The position numbers and the translations under genes are program-made. A DNA stretch of 64,000 bases from Anaeromyxobacteraceae bacterium (GTDB taxonomy: Bacteria; Myxococcota; Myxococcia; Myxococcales; Anaeromyxobacteraceae). The notes under the pieces are model-generated. The model was given only the letters and a program-made list of their open reading frames with translations, did no database searches and was not told the origin of the DNA. Below, one piece after another: positions 50,255 through 60,306 of the stretch. How positions within the stretch are numbered: position 1 is the first letter of the stretch; each line of letters starts with the position of its first letter. Where the stretch lies: contig JASGHJ010000001.1 in assembly GCA_047602405.1 (NCBI GenBank), positions 2,240,001 through 2,304,000 on the forward strand, given 5' to 3'.

Positions 50255-51513
50255 TGCGCGTCGGCAGGATCTCGCTCACCGCGGCCGCGCTCGCCGCGCT
50301 CGTCGCCGGCGGCTGCGTCACCGGCGGCAAGCTCCGCGAGGGCGCCTCCGTCATCCGCTCCGACGTCGAGAAGGCGAAGCGCTCCGGCGCGCCGCGCTGC
50401 GCGCCGCGCGAGCTCGCGCTCGCGGAGGCCAACGTCTCGTTCGCCGAGCACGAGATCGCCTACGGCGACCCGGTCCGCGCGAAGGGCCACCTCGACGTCG
50501 CCGAGGAGAACGTCCGCAAGGCGCTCGAGCTCTCGCAGACCTGCGCGCCCACCCAGGTCACCATCGCGAAGAAGCCCGAGGAGCCGAAGAAGGGCGTCCG
50601 CATCGAGAAGACCGACTCCGACCACGACGGCGTGCCGGACGTGGACGACCGCTGCCCCGACGTGCCCGGCCGGCCCGAGCTGCAGGGCTGCCCCGACACC
50701 GACGGTGACGGCCTGGCCGACGCCGAGGACCGCTGCCCGCGCGAGGCCGGCCCGATCGAGAACCAGGGCTGCCCGATCGCCAAGGACTCCGACGGCGACG
50801 GCGTCCCCGACGACATCGACCGCTGCCCGCTCGACCCCGAGGACCGGGACGGCTTCCAGGACGAGGACGGCTGCCCGGATCCCGACAACGACGGGGACGG
50901 CGTGGTCGACCGGCTCGACGCCTGTCCGAACCAGCCCGGCCCCGTCGAGAACAAGGGCTGCCCGGTCACCGACCGCGACGGCGACGGCGTGGCCGACGCC
51001 CTCGACAAGTGCCCCGACGTGCCCGGCATCCCCGCCAACGCCGGCTGCCCCGACGGCGACAAGGACGGCGACACGGTCCCCGACTCGCGCGACCGCTGCC
51101 CGGCCGTGTTCGGCTCGCCGCCCGACGGCTGCCCGAAGAAGTACGGCCTCGTCGAGGTCGACAAGAACCAGATCCGCATCAAGCAGCAGGTGAACTTCGC
51201 GCCCGCGAAGTTCCGGATCCTGAAGACCTCGTACCGGCTGCTCGACCAGGTCGTGCAGGCCCTCAACGACTTCCCGAAGGCGAAGGTCCGCATCGAGGGC
51301 CACACCGACAACGTCGGCAAGCCCGCCGCGAACCTGAAGCTCAGCCAGCGCCGCGCCGACGCGGTGATGGACTACCTCGTCTCGAAGGGCGTCTCGGCCG
51401 ACCGGCTCGAGGCGAAGGGGTTCGGCCAGACGCAGCCCATCGCGTCCAACAAGACCAAGCTCGGCAAGGCCAAGAACCGCCGCACCGAGTTCAAGATCGT
51501 CTCGCTGGAGTGA
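50251..51513 (+). CDS. DUF4398 + thrombospondin type-3-like repeats + OmpA-C lipoprotein
   Basis: AGGC lipobox, multiple D.DGDGV.D..D.CP repeats, EGHTDNVG, NRRTEF. Confidence 0.9.
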   Translation: MMRVGRISLTAAALAALVAGGCVTGGKLREGASVIRSDVEKAKRSGAPRCAPRELALAEANVSFAEHEIAYGDPVRAKGHLDVAEENVRKALELSQTCAPTQVTIAKKPEEPKKGVRIEKTDSDHDGVPDVDDRCPDVPGRPELQGCPDTDGDGLADAEDRCPREAGPIENQGCPIAKDSDGDGVPDDIDRCPLDPEDRDGFQDEDGCPDPDNDGDGVVDRLDACPNQPGPVENKGCPVTDRDGDGVADALDKCPDVPGIPANAGCPDGDKDGDTVPDSRDRCPAVFGSPPDGCPKKYGLVEVDKNQIRIKQQVNFAPAKFRILKTSYRLLDQVVQALNDFPKAKVRIEGHTDNVGKPAANLKLSQRRADAVMDYLVSKGVSADRLEAKGFGQTQPIASNKTKLGKAKNRRTEFKIVSLE

Positions 51514-51517
51514 GCGC

Positions 51518-52571
51518 ATGCCCCGCTTCGAGGTCTTCGTCCCCGCCGCGCCGCCGACGCTCCCGACGGAGGTCACCCTCCGCATCGAGGCGGAGAGCTG
51601 GCTCGCGGCGGTGAAGGCCGGGTCGAAGAAGATCGGCGGCCCCCAGAATCGCGAGCAACATCCTCTGCGACATCCAGGAGGACGGGTCGATCCACGTGAC
51701 CGACTCGACCTCCGGCCGCGTGTTCCGCATCGTGGAGCTCGCCGCCGGGGCAACGCCGCCGGCGCCGATCCCCGCCGCCGCGGCGCCCGCGCCCCAGCCG
51801 CCCGCGCCTCCGCCGCCCGTGGTCGCGAAGCCCGCGCCGCCGCCCCCCGCGCCCCCGAAGCCGGCCCCCGCGCCGCCCGCCCCCGCGCCGGTGGCCGGGA
51901 AGCCCGCCCCCGCCCCGAAGCCAGCGGCCGCTCATCCTGAGCGTAGCCTCGCCGCAGGCGAGACGAAGTCGAAGGACCGCCCCCGCCCCTCCGCCGAGCC
52001 GAAGGCGGTCGAGGAGGTCGCGCGCCCGTCGACGCCGCCGCCCGCGAAGATCGGCCGCAAGCAGGGCAACCCGCGCGAGGAGCTGCTCGCCGAGCTCTTC
52101 GAGGCCGTCTCGACGCTCGAGGGCCAGAAGGATTGCAAGGCCGCCCTCGCGTACCTGCTCGACCTCGCGATGGAGAGGCTCGGCTGCGACGCGGGCTCGG
52201 TGTTCCTCTCCCGCCTCGGCGAGGACGAGCTGCACTTCGAGGTCGTGCGCGGCCCGGCGGCGAGCTCGCTCGCCTCCGCGAAGCTCACGGTGCCGGTGGG
52301 CGTCGGCATCGTCGGCTACTGCGCGCAGGAGAACGTGTGCCTCGCCGTGTCGGACGCGCAGAAGGACCGGCGCTTCCACCGGGCCATCTCCGAGGCGATC
52401 GGCTACGAGACCCGCTCGCTCCTCTGCGCGCCCATCGCACGCGAGAACACCGTGCTCGGCGCGATCGAGGTGCTCAACAAGCGCGGCGCGGTGTTCGACG
52501 CCGGCGACCTGGCGGCGCTCGCGTACCTCGCCGCACAGGCGGCGGAGTTCCTGCACCGCCTCGACCGGTAG
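51518..52571 (+). CDS. GAF domain protein with an N-terminal domain and Pro-rich linker, frameshift near 51647
   Basis: N-terminal frame joins IASNILCDIQEDGSIHVTD after removing one base; GIVGYC..DAQKDRRF..TRSLLCAPI..GAIEVLNK GAF motifs. Confidence 0.8.
51928..51976 (+). repeat. Palindromic REP-like element, family 1 (inside the GAF-protein gene)
   Basis: CCGCTCA-TCCT-GAGCGTAG-CCTCGCC-GCA-GGCGAGA-CGAAGTCGA-AGGA, translated as AHPERSLAAGETKSKD. Confidence 0.85.
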
Positions 52572-52672
52572 TCCCTCGGTCCCCATCGGAGACGCTCCCG
52601 GCGCTTCCCTGCGGGGCTGCGCGGCCGTAGCTTGCCGGGCCTTCGCACGCCCGTTCGCAGGAGGACCGCCCC

Positions 52673-53209
52673 GTGAACCGACTCGCCTTCGCCCTCGCCG
52701 CCGCCCTCGCGCTCGCCCTCCCTGGCGAGGCGCACGCGCAGCGCGGCACGCAGATGCTGAGCGCCTGGCTCGTGCTCGACCCCGGCCCCGTGGACGGGGT
52801 CGGCATCGGCGGGCGGTTCATGCTGCCCATCGCCGACGGCGTCATCCGCGGCGGCCGGGTGCGCGACGAGTTCACGCTCGAGCTCGGCGCGGACTTCGTG
52901 CACTACGCCGACACCATCGGCGTGCCGCCGGACGCATTCGAGTACAGCTGGAACGGCTTCCTCGTCGCGGTCGGGGCCACCTGGAACTTCTGGCTGTCGC
53001 CGCGCGTCGCGCTCTACCCGAAGCTCGACCTCGGCTTCTGGTTCGGCTCGTACAGCGGCTGGAGGGACGCGTACGGCTACCGCCGGCACGACTACGGCGG
53101 CGTCTACCTCGAGCCGGCGGTCGGCCTCATCGTGAGGCTCGGCCGGGCGGACCTCCGGGTGGAGCTCGGCACCGACCTCGCCCGGGTGGGCCTCGGCTTC
53201 GACTACTGA
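52673..53209 (+). CDS. Small outer-membrane beta-barrel protein
   Basis: AGGAGG RBS, signal peptide, alternating aromatic/hydrophobic strands, ends GLGFDY. Confidence 0.75.
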   Translation: MNRLAFALAAALALALPGEAHAQRGTQMLSAWLVLDPGPVDGVGIGGRFMLPIADGVIRGGRVRDEFTLELGADFVHYADTIGVPPDAFEYSWNGFLVAVGATWNFWLSPRVALYPKLDLGFWFGSYSGWRDAYGYRRHDYGGVYLEPAVGLIVRLGRADLRVELGTDLARVGLGFDY

Positions 53210-53341
53210 AGTAGGCGGAACGACAGGGGTTCCGGGGGCGGCGCCGCGGCCCGCCGGGCTGACCCAGCCCGACCCGGGGCCAGGCCCATTTCGAGGCTGC
53301 GTACGGCGGCGGTCTCGGGCAGGATTGGGCATGTGGGTACC

Positions 53342-53659
53342 ATGGACAAGCGACAGAGCCAGCGCCTTCGCCGCCGCTTCAAGGTGACCGTCGGCACGAC
53401 CTCGTGGTTCACGACGGACGTCGGCAAGGGCGGCTTCGGCGCCGAGACCGCGCGCGCCCCCATCCCCGGCGCGGACGTCATCGGGATCATCTCCGGCAAG
53501 GACGTCGAGGTCGCCTTCGCGGGCAAGATCGCCTGGTCGGTGCGGGGCAACATGCACATGGCCCTGCGCAGCCGGACCGGCGTCCGGTTCACGCGCGTGG
53601 GCCCGACGCTCGCCGCGCTCCTCGCCGACGGGCAGCCGGCGCCCGACGCCCTCGGTTAG
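53342..53659 (+). CDS. Stand-alone PilZ-like domain protein
   Basis: KRQSQR (RxxxR), TDVGKGG (D.S.GG-like), GKIAW, GVRF. Confidence 0.7.
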   Translation: MDKRQSQRLRRRFKVTVGTTSWFTTDVGKGGFGAETARAPIPGADVIGIISGKDVEVAFAGKIAWSVRGNMHMALRSRTGVRFTRVGPTLAALLADGQPAPDALG

Positions 53660-54744
53660 TCCGCGTCCTCCGGCAGCTCCGCCTCGCTCTTCATCAGCTC
53701 GCGCATCACCACCGTCGCGTACGAGCCGCGCGGCAGCTCGAAGCGCGCGCGGTAGCCGTCGCCCTCGGGCGTCGGGTCGAGCGCGACCTCGACCGGGAGG
53801 CGCGCCGCGCGGCGGGTGCCCTCGGCCTCGCCGCCGCCCCGCGCGAAGTCGGCGGGGGTGACGCCCTCCTCGACGAGGAGCCGCTCCTCGCGCTCGCGCG
53901 CCTCGCCCGCCGCGGCGCGGAGCGCGTGGCCGAACATCGGCCCGGCGGGCGAGACCTCGAAGCGCGCCACGCGCGGGCCGTCGGCGGCGGGGTCCTCGCA
54001 CAGGAACAGCCCGCCGGTGTCGAGCTTCTTCAGCCAGTCGCCGGCGAGCGCCGCCGCGAGGAGGCCGTCCTGGAGCCGCGCGGCGAGCCAGCGGTTGAAG
54101 AGGTGCGACTGGAAGGCGGAGATCACGAACCGCCGCAGGAACCGGTCGCGCGCCGCGCGCTGCACCTCCGGCGCGCGGTCGCCCGCGAGCAGCCGCCGGC
54201 CGATGACGGCGTTCTCGCCGGCCGCGCCGAAGCGCTGGGGGCCGAAGTAGTTGGGCAGCCCCCGCGCCGCGAGCGCCGCGGCGCAGGCCCCGGCCCGCGC
54301 GAGGTCGCCGCCGCGCACCGCGAGCTCGAAGCGGTTCGCCCGGACGTGTCCGGTGCGCAGCTTGTTCTGGTGGCGCGAGACCTCGAGCACGCGCAGGCCC
54401 TCGGCGTCGAGCGCGCGCGGGTCCGGATCGCGCGCGACCGGGAAGGAGAGCCACTGCGTCGTGACCGCGTCCCGGTCCTTCTGGCCGGCGGCGCCGCAGT
54501 CGCGCTCGGGCACGCCGAGCGCGCGCGCGAGCGTCCGGACCGCGTCGCGCGTGGTGCGGCCGCGCTTCTCGACGCGCAGGTAGAGGTGGGGTCCCGCGCC
54601 CGAGGGCAGGTACGCGGGCACCTCGTCGACGCGGAAGTCCTCGGGGCGGCTGCGCAGCGCGCCGCCCGAGCCCGGAAGCTCGGGCGTGACGAAGGGGAGG
54701 GACCCGGAGCCGCCGCCGGGCGGCGGCGGAGTCGTGGGGGTCAC
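53656..54744 (-). CDS. truD: tRNA pseudouridine(13) synthase
   Basis: PEDFRVDE, AGQKDRDAVTTQW, KLRTGH, PNYFGPQRFG, SAFQSHLFN, FELPRGSYAT motifs. Confidence 0.95.
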   Translation of the reverse strand: MTPTTPPPPGGGSGSLPFVTPELPGSGGALRSRPEDFRVDEVPAYLPSGAGPHLYLRVEKRGRTTRDAVRTLARALGVPERDCGAAGQKDRDAVTTQWLSFPVARDPDPRALDAEGLRVLEVSRHQNKLRTGHVRANRFELAVRGGDLARAGACAAALAARGLPNYFGPQRFGAAGENAVIGRRLLAGDRAPEVQRAARDRFLRRFVISAFQSHLFNRWLAARLQDGLLAAALAGDWLKKLDTGGLFLCEDPAADGPRVARFEVSPAGPMFGHALRAAAGEAREREERLLVEEGVTPADFARGGGEAEGTRRAARLPVEVALDPTPEGDGYRARFELPRGSYATVVMRELMKSEAELPEDAD

Positions 54745-56003
54745 ACCTGCGCCCCGGCCCGGAGGAGGTGGCCGCGGATCGAGGTCGACAGGGCCTCGTC
54801 CTGCCCGGGCCCGAGGCGTTCGCCCACGAGGAACAGGGCGAAGAACACGAGCTCCCTCAGCGCCCGGAGCGCGAGGTTGGCGCGGTCGCCGCCCGAGTCG
54901 AGCGAGGCGACCACCGCGGCGTCGAGGCCGCCGACGTGCGCCGCGACCGCCTCGGCGTCGAGCGTGGCGTCGGCCGCGAGCGGCAGCCGGCCCAGCACCG
55001 GCGCGTGCGGCGAGCTGCCGTCGGCGAGGAAGCTGCGGAGCGCGGCGAGGAGGCCGGGGCGGGCGGCGTCGGGCTGCGTGGCCACGACCTCGCGCAGCGC
55101 CTCGGAGAGCTCGCCCACCACCCGGCGCAGGCGCACCGCCGGGTCCACCGGCGGCGCCGCGGCGGCGGGCTCGAGGTAGCCGGCCTCCGCGAGGTGGTAG
55201 AGGATCTTGGTCGCGTCGAGCTCGTTCATGTGCGCCGCGCGGGCGATCTCCGCGGGCGTGCGGCCGTCGGCGAGCGCGAGGAGCTCGTTCTCGCGGGCGT
55301 GCAGCGAGATGGCGCGCCTCGGGTCGCGGCGGCGGAGGCGGGCGTCGGGCGGGATGCGGGCCTTGAACAGGCTCATCTCGTCGATGCGCCGGATCCCGTC
55401 CATGAGGAGCGACTGGGTGTTCACGGTGAGCGGGGCGCCGCGCTCGGGGATGTCCTCGTCGAGCAGGTGGAACGTGCCGGCGCGCGCCTGCAGGATGGCC
55501 TGGAACACCGAGGTCACCTGCTCGTGGAGGCACTTGAAGAGGTCGTTCGCCGTCATGAAGCCGAGGTCGACGAGCGACTTGCCGATCGGCGAGCCCGCGG
55601 CGTGGGCCTTCGCGAGCTGCGCCTCGGTGGCGTAGCCGAGCCGCACCGCCACGTCGCCGAGCCGCTCGCCCGCGGCGGTGGAGCGGGCGCTGCGCAGCTC
55701 GCCCTCGCGGAACGCGAGCCCACGCTCGGCGCCGCCGGAGGCCACCGTGAGGACCCCGGTGAGCCGCGCCTGGTGCAGGAAGCCGATGAGGTCCGCGATG
55801 GGGAACGCCGCGAGGTCGCCCGCGAGCGCGCAGCGCGGTCGCCCGGCTGCGCCGCCGCCCGAGGGGGTGCGCCGCGCCACCAGCAAGTCGGGCGCGGCGG
55901 GCAGGAGCGTGAAGCGGCCCGCCCGGTCGGCGAGGGCCTTCTTGGCCTCCTCCGACTGCGGGACGACCCGGCCGTGCGGGTCGATGTCGAGCAGGATCGG
56001 CAT
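54741..56003 (-). CDS. DUF4388 domain protein
   Basis: LAGDLAAFPIADLIGFL..TGVL, ERLGDV, LLMDGIRRIDE motifs. Confidence 0.82.
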   Translation of the reverse strand: MPILLDIDPHGRVVPQSEEAKKALADRAGRFTLLPAAPDLLVARRTPSGGGAAGRPRCALAGDLAAFPIADLIGFLHQARLTGVLTVASGGAERGLAFREGELRSARSTAAGERLGDVAVRLGYATEAQLAKAHAAGSPIGKSLVDLGFMTANDLFKCLHEQVTSVFQAILQARAGTFHLLDEDIPERGAPLTVNTQSLLMDGIRRIDEMSLFKARIPPDARLRRRDPRRAISLHARENELLALADGRTPAEIARAAHMNELDATKILYHLAEAGYLEPAAAAPPVDPAVRLRRVVGELSEALREVVATQPDAARPGLLAALRSFLADGSSPHAPVLGRLPLAADATLDAEAVAAHVGGLDAAVVASLDSGGDRANLALRALRELVFFALFLVGERLGPGQDEALSTSIRGHLLRAGAQV

Positions 56004-56930
56004 CTAGTCCTTGAGCCAGCCCCCGTGCGCGACCCACTCGCGCTCGTCGTCGAGGGCGAAGCGGAGCCCCTCGGCGGTGAGGTCGTCGACGAGCCGGCCG
56101 TTCATGTACAGCGACGGGGTGTGGGCGAGGTTGGCGCGGCGCCCCTCGCCCTGCGCGGCCGCCACCCGGCCCCTGTACTTGCCCTGGGCGAGCGCCTCCT
56201 TGAGATCGGCCCCGTCGCCGCCCGACGCCTCGATGACCGCGGCGAGGTTGTCCGGGTTCGGCACCTCGTCGAGCTCGTAGAGGCGCTTCTGCACCTCCCA
56301 GTAGATGCCGGCGTCGCGCGCCCACTCGCCCGCCTCGGCGGCCTCCTGCGCGCCCGGGTGGGCGGCGATCGGGAAGGGCTTCGCGTACAGGCGGACCTCG
56401 GCGGCGTGCTCCTTCGCGAACGCCTCCACCGCGGGGACGGTGATCTTGCAGAACGGGCAGGTGAAGTCGGAGACCACGACGAGCGTGATCTTCGCCTTCG
56501 GGTCGCCGAGGGGCTCGCCCATGTTCGCGAGGTCGAACGCCGCCCGCCGGTCGAAGCCCGCGTAGTAGGCGTCGACGAGCTTCTTGATCTCGGGGCCGGT
56601 CGCGCCCTTCGCCGCCATGCCGCGCGCGAGCGCCACCATGCGCGGCGCGTGCTTGCAGCCCTTGTGGGTGCGCAGCGCGCCCGAGACCGTGAGCGGCAGG
56701 CCGCAGGCGACGAAGGTCTCGCTCGCCCAGGTGGCGAGCGACTGCTTCGCGTACGCGGAGAGGCCGGTGAGGTCGACGCCTGGGAGCGCCTCCTCGGGCG
56801 ACGCGGGCGGCGGGGCCGCGGCGGCCGGGGGCGGCACGGGCGGCGCATCGCGGGAGACGGTGCCGGTGGTCGCCCCGCACGAGGCGGCGACGAAGGCGAG
56901 GGCGAGGGCAGGGAGGCTGGACGGGCGCAT
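56004..56930 (-). CDS. DsbA/thioredoxin-fold lipoprotein
   Basis: VAASC lipobox, SDFTCPFC, FPI..H, TPSLYMNGR motifs. Confidence 0.88.
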   Translation of the reverse strand: MRPSSLPALALAFVAASCGATTGTVSRDAPPVPPPAAAAPPPASPEEALPGVDLTGLSAYAKQSLATWASETFVACGLPLTVSGALRTHKGCKHAPRMVALARGMAAKGATGPEIKKLVDAYYAGFDRRAAFDLANMGEPLGDPKAKITLVVVSDFTCPFCKITVPAVEAFAKEHAAEVRLYAKPFPIAAHPGAQEAAEAGEWARDAGIYWEVQKRLYELDEVPNPDNLAAVIEASGGDGADLKEALAQGKYRGRVAAAQGEGRRANLAHTPSLYMNGRLVDDLTAEGLRFALDDEREWVAHGGWLKD

Positions 56931-56982
56931 GCGTTCGGATCCTCGAGCGGATCCCTTAGCACGGCCCGTGTTACGAAGGGAC

Positions 56983-57462
56983 ATGACCGACCTCGAGGCC
57001 ATGCGGGAGGCCCTCGCGCTCGCGAGGACCGCCGCGGCGCGCGGGGAGGTGCCGGTCGGCGCCGTGGCGCTGTTCGAGGGCAACGTCGTGGGCCACGGGA
57101 TGAACGCCCGCGAGGGCGCGCGGGATCCCACCGCCCACGCGGAGCTGATCGCGCTGCAGCGGGCCGCCCGCAAGCTCGACCGGTGGCGCCTCACCGGGGT
57201 CACCCTCTACGTCACGCTCGAGCCGTGCGCGATGTGCGCGGGCGCGATGGTGCTCGCCCGCATCGACCGGCTCGTCTACGCGGCCTCCGATCCCAAGGCG
57301 GGAGCGGTCGGGTCGCTCCTCGATCTCTCGGGGGACCCCCGCCTCAACCACCGGTTCCCGGTCGAGCGGGGGCTCCTCGCGGACGAGGCCGGCGACCTGC
57401 TGCGGACCTTCTTCAGGGCGCGGCGGGGCTCCGGCGGCGCGCCCGAGGGTGGAAACGGGTAG
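56983..57462 (+). CDS. tadA: tRNA adenosine(34) deaminase
   Basis: GEVPVGA, DPTAHAE, TLEPCAMCAGA, DPKAGAVGS, LNH motifs. Confidence 0.95.
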   Translation: MTDLEAMREALALARTAAARGEVPVGAVALFEGNVVGHGMNAREGARDPTAHAELIALQRAARKLDRWRLTGVTLYVTLEPCAMCAGAMVLARIDRLVYAASDPKAGAVGSLLDLSGDPRLNHRFPVERGLLADEAGDLLRTFFRARRGSGGAPEGGNG

Positions 57463-57465
57463 CGG

Positions 57466-57528
57466 TTGCTGCCGGGGTGGGGCCCCGACGAGCTTTGCTC
57501 GGCGGGGCGGGGGGCGCCGAGCCCCCCG
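57466..57528 (+). repeat. Two-hairpin dispersed repeat, family 2, copy 2
   Basis: TTGCTGCCGGGGTGGGG-CCCCGACGAGC-TTT-GCTCGGCGGGG-CGGGGGGC-GCCGA-GCCCCCCG. Confidence 0.85.
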
Positions 57529-57585
57529 TGAAATTCAGCTGGTTGGCGCTTGGCAGCCGCAGGACTTTCGGCTAGATCCGCCGGC

Positions 57586-57673
57586 GGAGAGCTGGCCGAG
57601 TTGGTCGAAGGCGCCTGACTCGAAATCAGGTGTACCGGCAACGGTACCGGGGGTTCGAATCCCTCGCTCTCCG
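57586..57673 (+). tRNA. tRNA-Ser(CGA), CCA not encoded
   Basis: GGAGAGC/GCTCTCC acceptor stem, CCTGA-CTCGAAA-TCAGG anticodon arm, long variable arm, GGTTCGAATCC. Confidence 0.95.
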
Positions 57674-57707
57674 CTCTTTTTCTCCAGCAACTCCAGCAAC
57701 ACAGTTT

Positions 57708-57797
57708 GGAGAGGTGACCGAGCGGCTGAAGGTGCACGACTGGAAATCGTGTGTACCGGGAACGGTACCGTGGGTTCAAATCCCACCCTCTCCGCCA
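57708..57797 (+). tRNA. tRNA-Ser(GGA)
   Basis: GGAGAGG/CCTCTCC acceptor stem, CACGA-CTGGAAA-TCGTG anticodon arm, long variable arm, GGTTCAAATCC, 3' GCCA. Confidence 0.96.
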
Positions 57798-57855
57798 GAC
57801 AGGGCGGACCCCGCGCAGCGGCATTAAGACAGGGGTGAGCCGGTGGATGTCGTAG

Positions 57856-57962
57856 AGCCGGCCCAGAATCCTCGGGCGACGTGGGGGCTGCCGAACCCCG
57901 CCAGGCCCGGAAGGGAGCAACGGTAAGTGGTCTTCCGTGCGCCCGGGGATTGTGGGCCGGCT
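57856..57962 (+). ncRNA. ffs: Signal recognition particle RNA (small bacterial type)
   Basis: Domain IV GCCAGGCCCGGAAGGGAGCAAC inside a long stem AGCCGGCCCA..AATCCTCGGGCG/CGCCCGGGGATT..TGGGCCGGCT; usual position before dnaX. Confidence 0.92.
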
Positions 57963-57976
57963 TGCTGTTTTTCACG

Positions 57977-58034
57977 TCCCTCGACTCCGGCCCGCGGAGC
58001 TGCGCTCCGCCGGGCCTGCGCTCGGGATGAACGG
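57977..58034 (-). repeat. Palindromic REP-like element, family 1 (between ffs and dnaX)
   Basis: Minus strand CCGTTCA-TCCC-GAGCGCAG-[GCCCG..GGGC hairpin]-CGGAGTCGA-GGGA. Confidence 0.85.
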
Positions 58035-58070
58035 CCGTGCCCACGAGGTGTTCTGATCAGGGGTTGAACC

Positions 58071-59990
58071 ATGACGACGCCCTACCTCGTCCTCGCCCGC
58101 AAGTACCGGCCCCAGCAGTTCGGGGAGATGGCCGGGCAGGCGCACGTCGTCCGGACGCTCTCGAACGCGCTGAAGACCGGCCAGCTCGCGCACGCCTTCC
58201 TGTTCACCGGGCCGCGCGGCGTGGGCAAGACCACCTCCGCCCGGCTCGTCGCGAAGGCCCTCAACTGCGAGAAGGGGCCGACCGCCCAGCCGTGCGGCGA
58301 GTGCGCGCCCTGCCAGGAGATCGCCGAGGGGCGCGCGGTGGACGTCGTCGAGATCGACGCCGCCTCGAACAACGGCGTCGACAACGTCCGCGACATCGTC
58401 GAGGCGGTGAAGTACCGGCCCGCGCGCGACCGCTTCAAGGTCTTCGTGGTGGACGAGGTCCACATGCTCTCGACGGGGGCGTTCAACGCGCTCCTGAAGA
58501 CGCTCGAGGAGCCGCCGCCGCACGTGAAGTTCGTGCTCGCCACGACCGACGTGCACAAGGTGCCCGAGACCATCGTCTCGCGCTGCCAGCGCTTCGACTT
58601 CCGGCGTCTCACGGTGCAGGAGATCGCCGACCAGCTCGGCCGCGTGGCCGCCCAGGAGCACATCCGCGTCTCGCCCGCCGCGCTCGCGCTCGTCGCGCGG
58701 CAGGCGGAGGGCGGCATGCGCGACGCGCTCTCGATGCTCGACCAGGTCCGCGCGGCCTGCGGCGACGCGCCGGACGACGGCGCGGTGGCCGAGGCGCTCG
58801 GCGCGGTCGACGCGCAGGCCATCTCGCGCATCGGCGCGGCGCTCGTCGGCCGCGACGGCGCGGCGGTGCTCCAGGAGGTCGGCGCGCTCCACGCGAAGGG
58901 GCTCGAGATGAAGCGGGTCGCCGAGGAGCTCGCCCGGCACCTGCGCAACGTGGTGGTCGCGAGGCTCGTGCCGGGGTCCCCGCTCGATCTCCCCGACGCC
59001 GAGGCCGCCGAGGTGAAGGCCCAGGCGGCCGCCGCCGACCCCGCCCAGCTCGTGCGCCTCTTCGACCTCGTGCAGAAGGCGGTCGAGGACGTGAAGCTCG
59101 CCGAGGGCTCGCGCCACGCGCTCGAGGTCGCGCTGCTCGCCGGCGTGTTCCTCGCGCCCGGCGCGCAGGTCGCGGAGCTGGTCGCCCGGCTGGACGCGAT
59201 GTCCCGCGGCGCGCCGCTGCCTCCCGCGGGCGGTGGACCGGGCGGGAGCCACGGGGGCGGCGGCCCACGCCCCACCTCCACTCCGTTCGTCCCGAGCCCT
59301 TCGACAGGCTCAGGGCGAACGGAGCCCGTTCCGGGCATCGTGCAGGGGTTTCGTCCGCTCACCCCGAGCGTAGCGGCCGCACCAGCGGCCGCGGAGTCGA
59401 GGGGCGGGTTCCGCGACCTGCCGCGCGAGGCCGTCGCTCCTCCGGCGCCCGCGCCCGCCGCGTCGATCCCTGCCTTCGGCACCCCCGGCTGCGCCTCGCC
59501 GGATCCGGTCGGTCCGGGCGTCCTTGCCGCCGAAGCGGCCGCGGGGAACGACGCCGACCGCTGGCGGTCCGCCGTGGAGGCCATCGAGAAGGTGAGCCCC
59601 ATGGCCGCGCCCGCCCTCAAGCAGGCGGCGCTCCTGAAGCTCGTCGACGGCGAGGTCTCGGTGCAGCTCGCGCCGGGCCTCTTCGCGCAGACCGCCGAGA
59701 AGCGGCGCGCCGAGGTCGAGGCCGAGCTCGGCCGGTTCTTCGGCCGGCCGACGAAGCTCTCCATCACCGTGGGCGCGCTGCCCGGGCCCGCCGCCGCCGG
59801 CGGGGCCGCCGAGGGTGGAGGTGCGGACGCGCCGCCGCCCGGCGCGGCGCCGGTCTCCATCGCCGCGGTCGAGGCGGCCGAGCGCATGGCGCGCACGGCG
59901 CGGGTGAAGGAGACGGCCCGCAACCACGACAACATCCGCGAGGCCGCCCGCATCCTGGGCGGCGGCATCGAGAAGATCGAGGAGCTCTGA
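58071..59990 (+). CDS. dnaX: DNA polymerase III subunit gamma/tau
   Basis: [59 protein letters not shown] motifs. Confidence 0.97.
   Translation: MTTPYLVLARKYRPQQFGEMAGQAHVVRTLSNALKTGQLAHAFLFTGPRGVGKTTSARLVAKALNCEKGPTAQPCGECAPCQEIAEGRAVDVVEIDAASNNGVDNVRDIVEAVKYRPARDRFKVFVVDEVHMLSTGAFNALLKTLEEPPPHVKFVLATTDVHKVPETIVSRCQRFDFRRLTVQEIADQLGRVAAQEHIRVSPAALALVARQAEGGMRDALSMLDQVRAACGDAPDDGAVAEALGAVDAQAISRIGAALVGRDGAAVLQEVGALHAKGLEMKRVAEELARHLRNVVVARLVPGSPLDLPDAEAAEVKAQAAAADPAQLVRLFDLVQKAVEDVKLAEGSRHALEVALLAGVFLAPGAQVAELVARLDAMSRGAPLPPAGGGPGGSHGGGGPRPTSTPFVPSPSTGSGRTEPVPGIVQGFRPLTPSVAAAPAAAESRGGFRDLPREAVAPPAPAPAASIPAFGTPGCASPDPVGPGVLAAEAAAGNDADRWRSAVEAIEKVSPMAAPALKQAALLKLVDGEVSVQLAPGLFAQTAEKRRAEVEAELGRFFGRPTKLSITVGALPGPAAAGGAAEGGGADAPPPGAAPVSIAAVEAAERMARTARVKETARNHDNIREAARILGGGIEKIEEL
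59281..59404. repeat. Family-1 palindromic elements read in frame within the dnaX linker
   Basis: Hairpin CTCCGTTCGTCCCGAGCC..GGCTCAGGGCGAACGGAG (59281-59324) and CCGCTCA-CCCC-GAGCGTAG-CGGCCGC-ACCA-GCGGCCG-CGGAGTCGA-GGGG (59355-59404). Confidence 0.85.
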
Positions 59991-59991
59991 G

Positions 59992-60303
59992 ATGGACATC
60001 CAGTACCTCATGCGGCAGGCGAAGAAGCTCGAGAAGGCCGTCTCCGACGCGAAGGAGTCGCTCGCCACCGCGGTTTCGGTCGAGGCCGAGAGCGGCGGCG
60101 GGCTCGTGAAGGTCGCCATGAACGGCAAGTGCGAGATCACGAAGCTCGCCATCGATCCGAAGGCCATCACGCCCGACGACCGCGCGATGCTCGAGGACCT
60201 CGTGACCGCGGCGGTGAACGCCGCCGCCGAGAAGGCGCGCGCCGCCGCCGACCAGCACCTCGAGAAGGCGACCGGGGGCATCAAGATCCCGGGCATCGGG
60301 TAG
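59992..60303 (+). CDS. ybaB: YbaB/EbfC nucleoid-associated protein
   Basis: [24 protein letters not shown] motifs; between dnaX and recR. Confidence 0.93.
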   Translation: MDIQYLMRQAKKLEKAVSDAKESLATAVSVEAESGGGLVKVAMNGKCEITKLAIDPKAITPDDRAMLEDLVTAAVNAAAEKARAAADQHLEKATGGIKIPGIG

Positions 60304-60306
60304 CGC

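Noticed and set aside
53224..53320. ykkC/guanidine-I-type riboswitch before the PilZ gene (AGGGGTTCCG)
   Set aside because: The downstream GGTCCGAG and GGGAYAAAAGCCCGGGAG elements are absent
57586..57800. Genomic island integrated at tRNA-Ser
   Set aside because: No integrase or duplicated tRNA 3' end; tadA-tRNA-ffs-dnaX order is intact; the CTCCAGCAA duplication (57682-57699) is only 9 bp
59200..59420. Programmed -1 frameshift in dnaX stimulated by the hairpins
   Set aside because: No A-AAA-AAG or poly-A slippery site upstream; the hairpins belong to a dispersed repeat family
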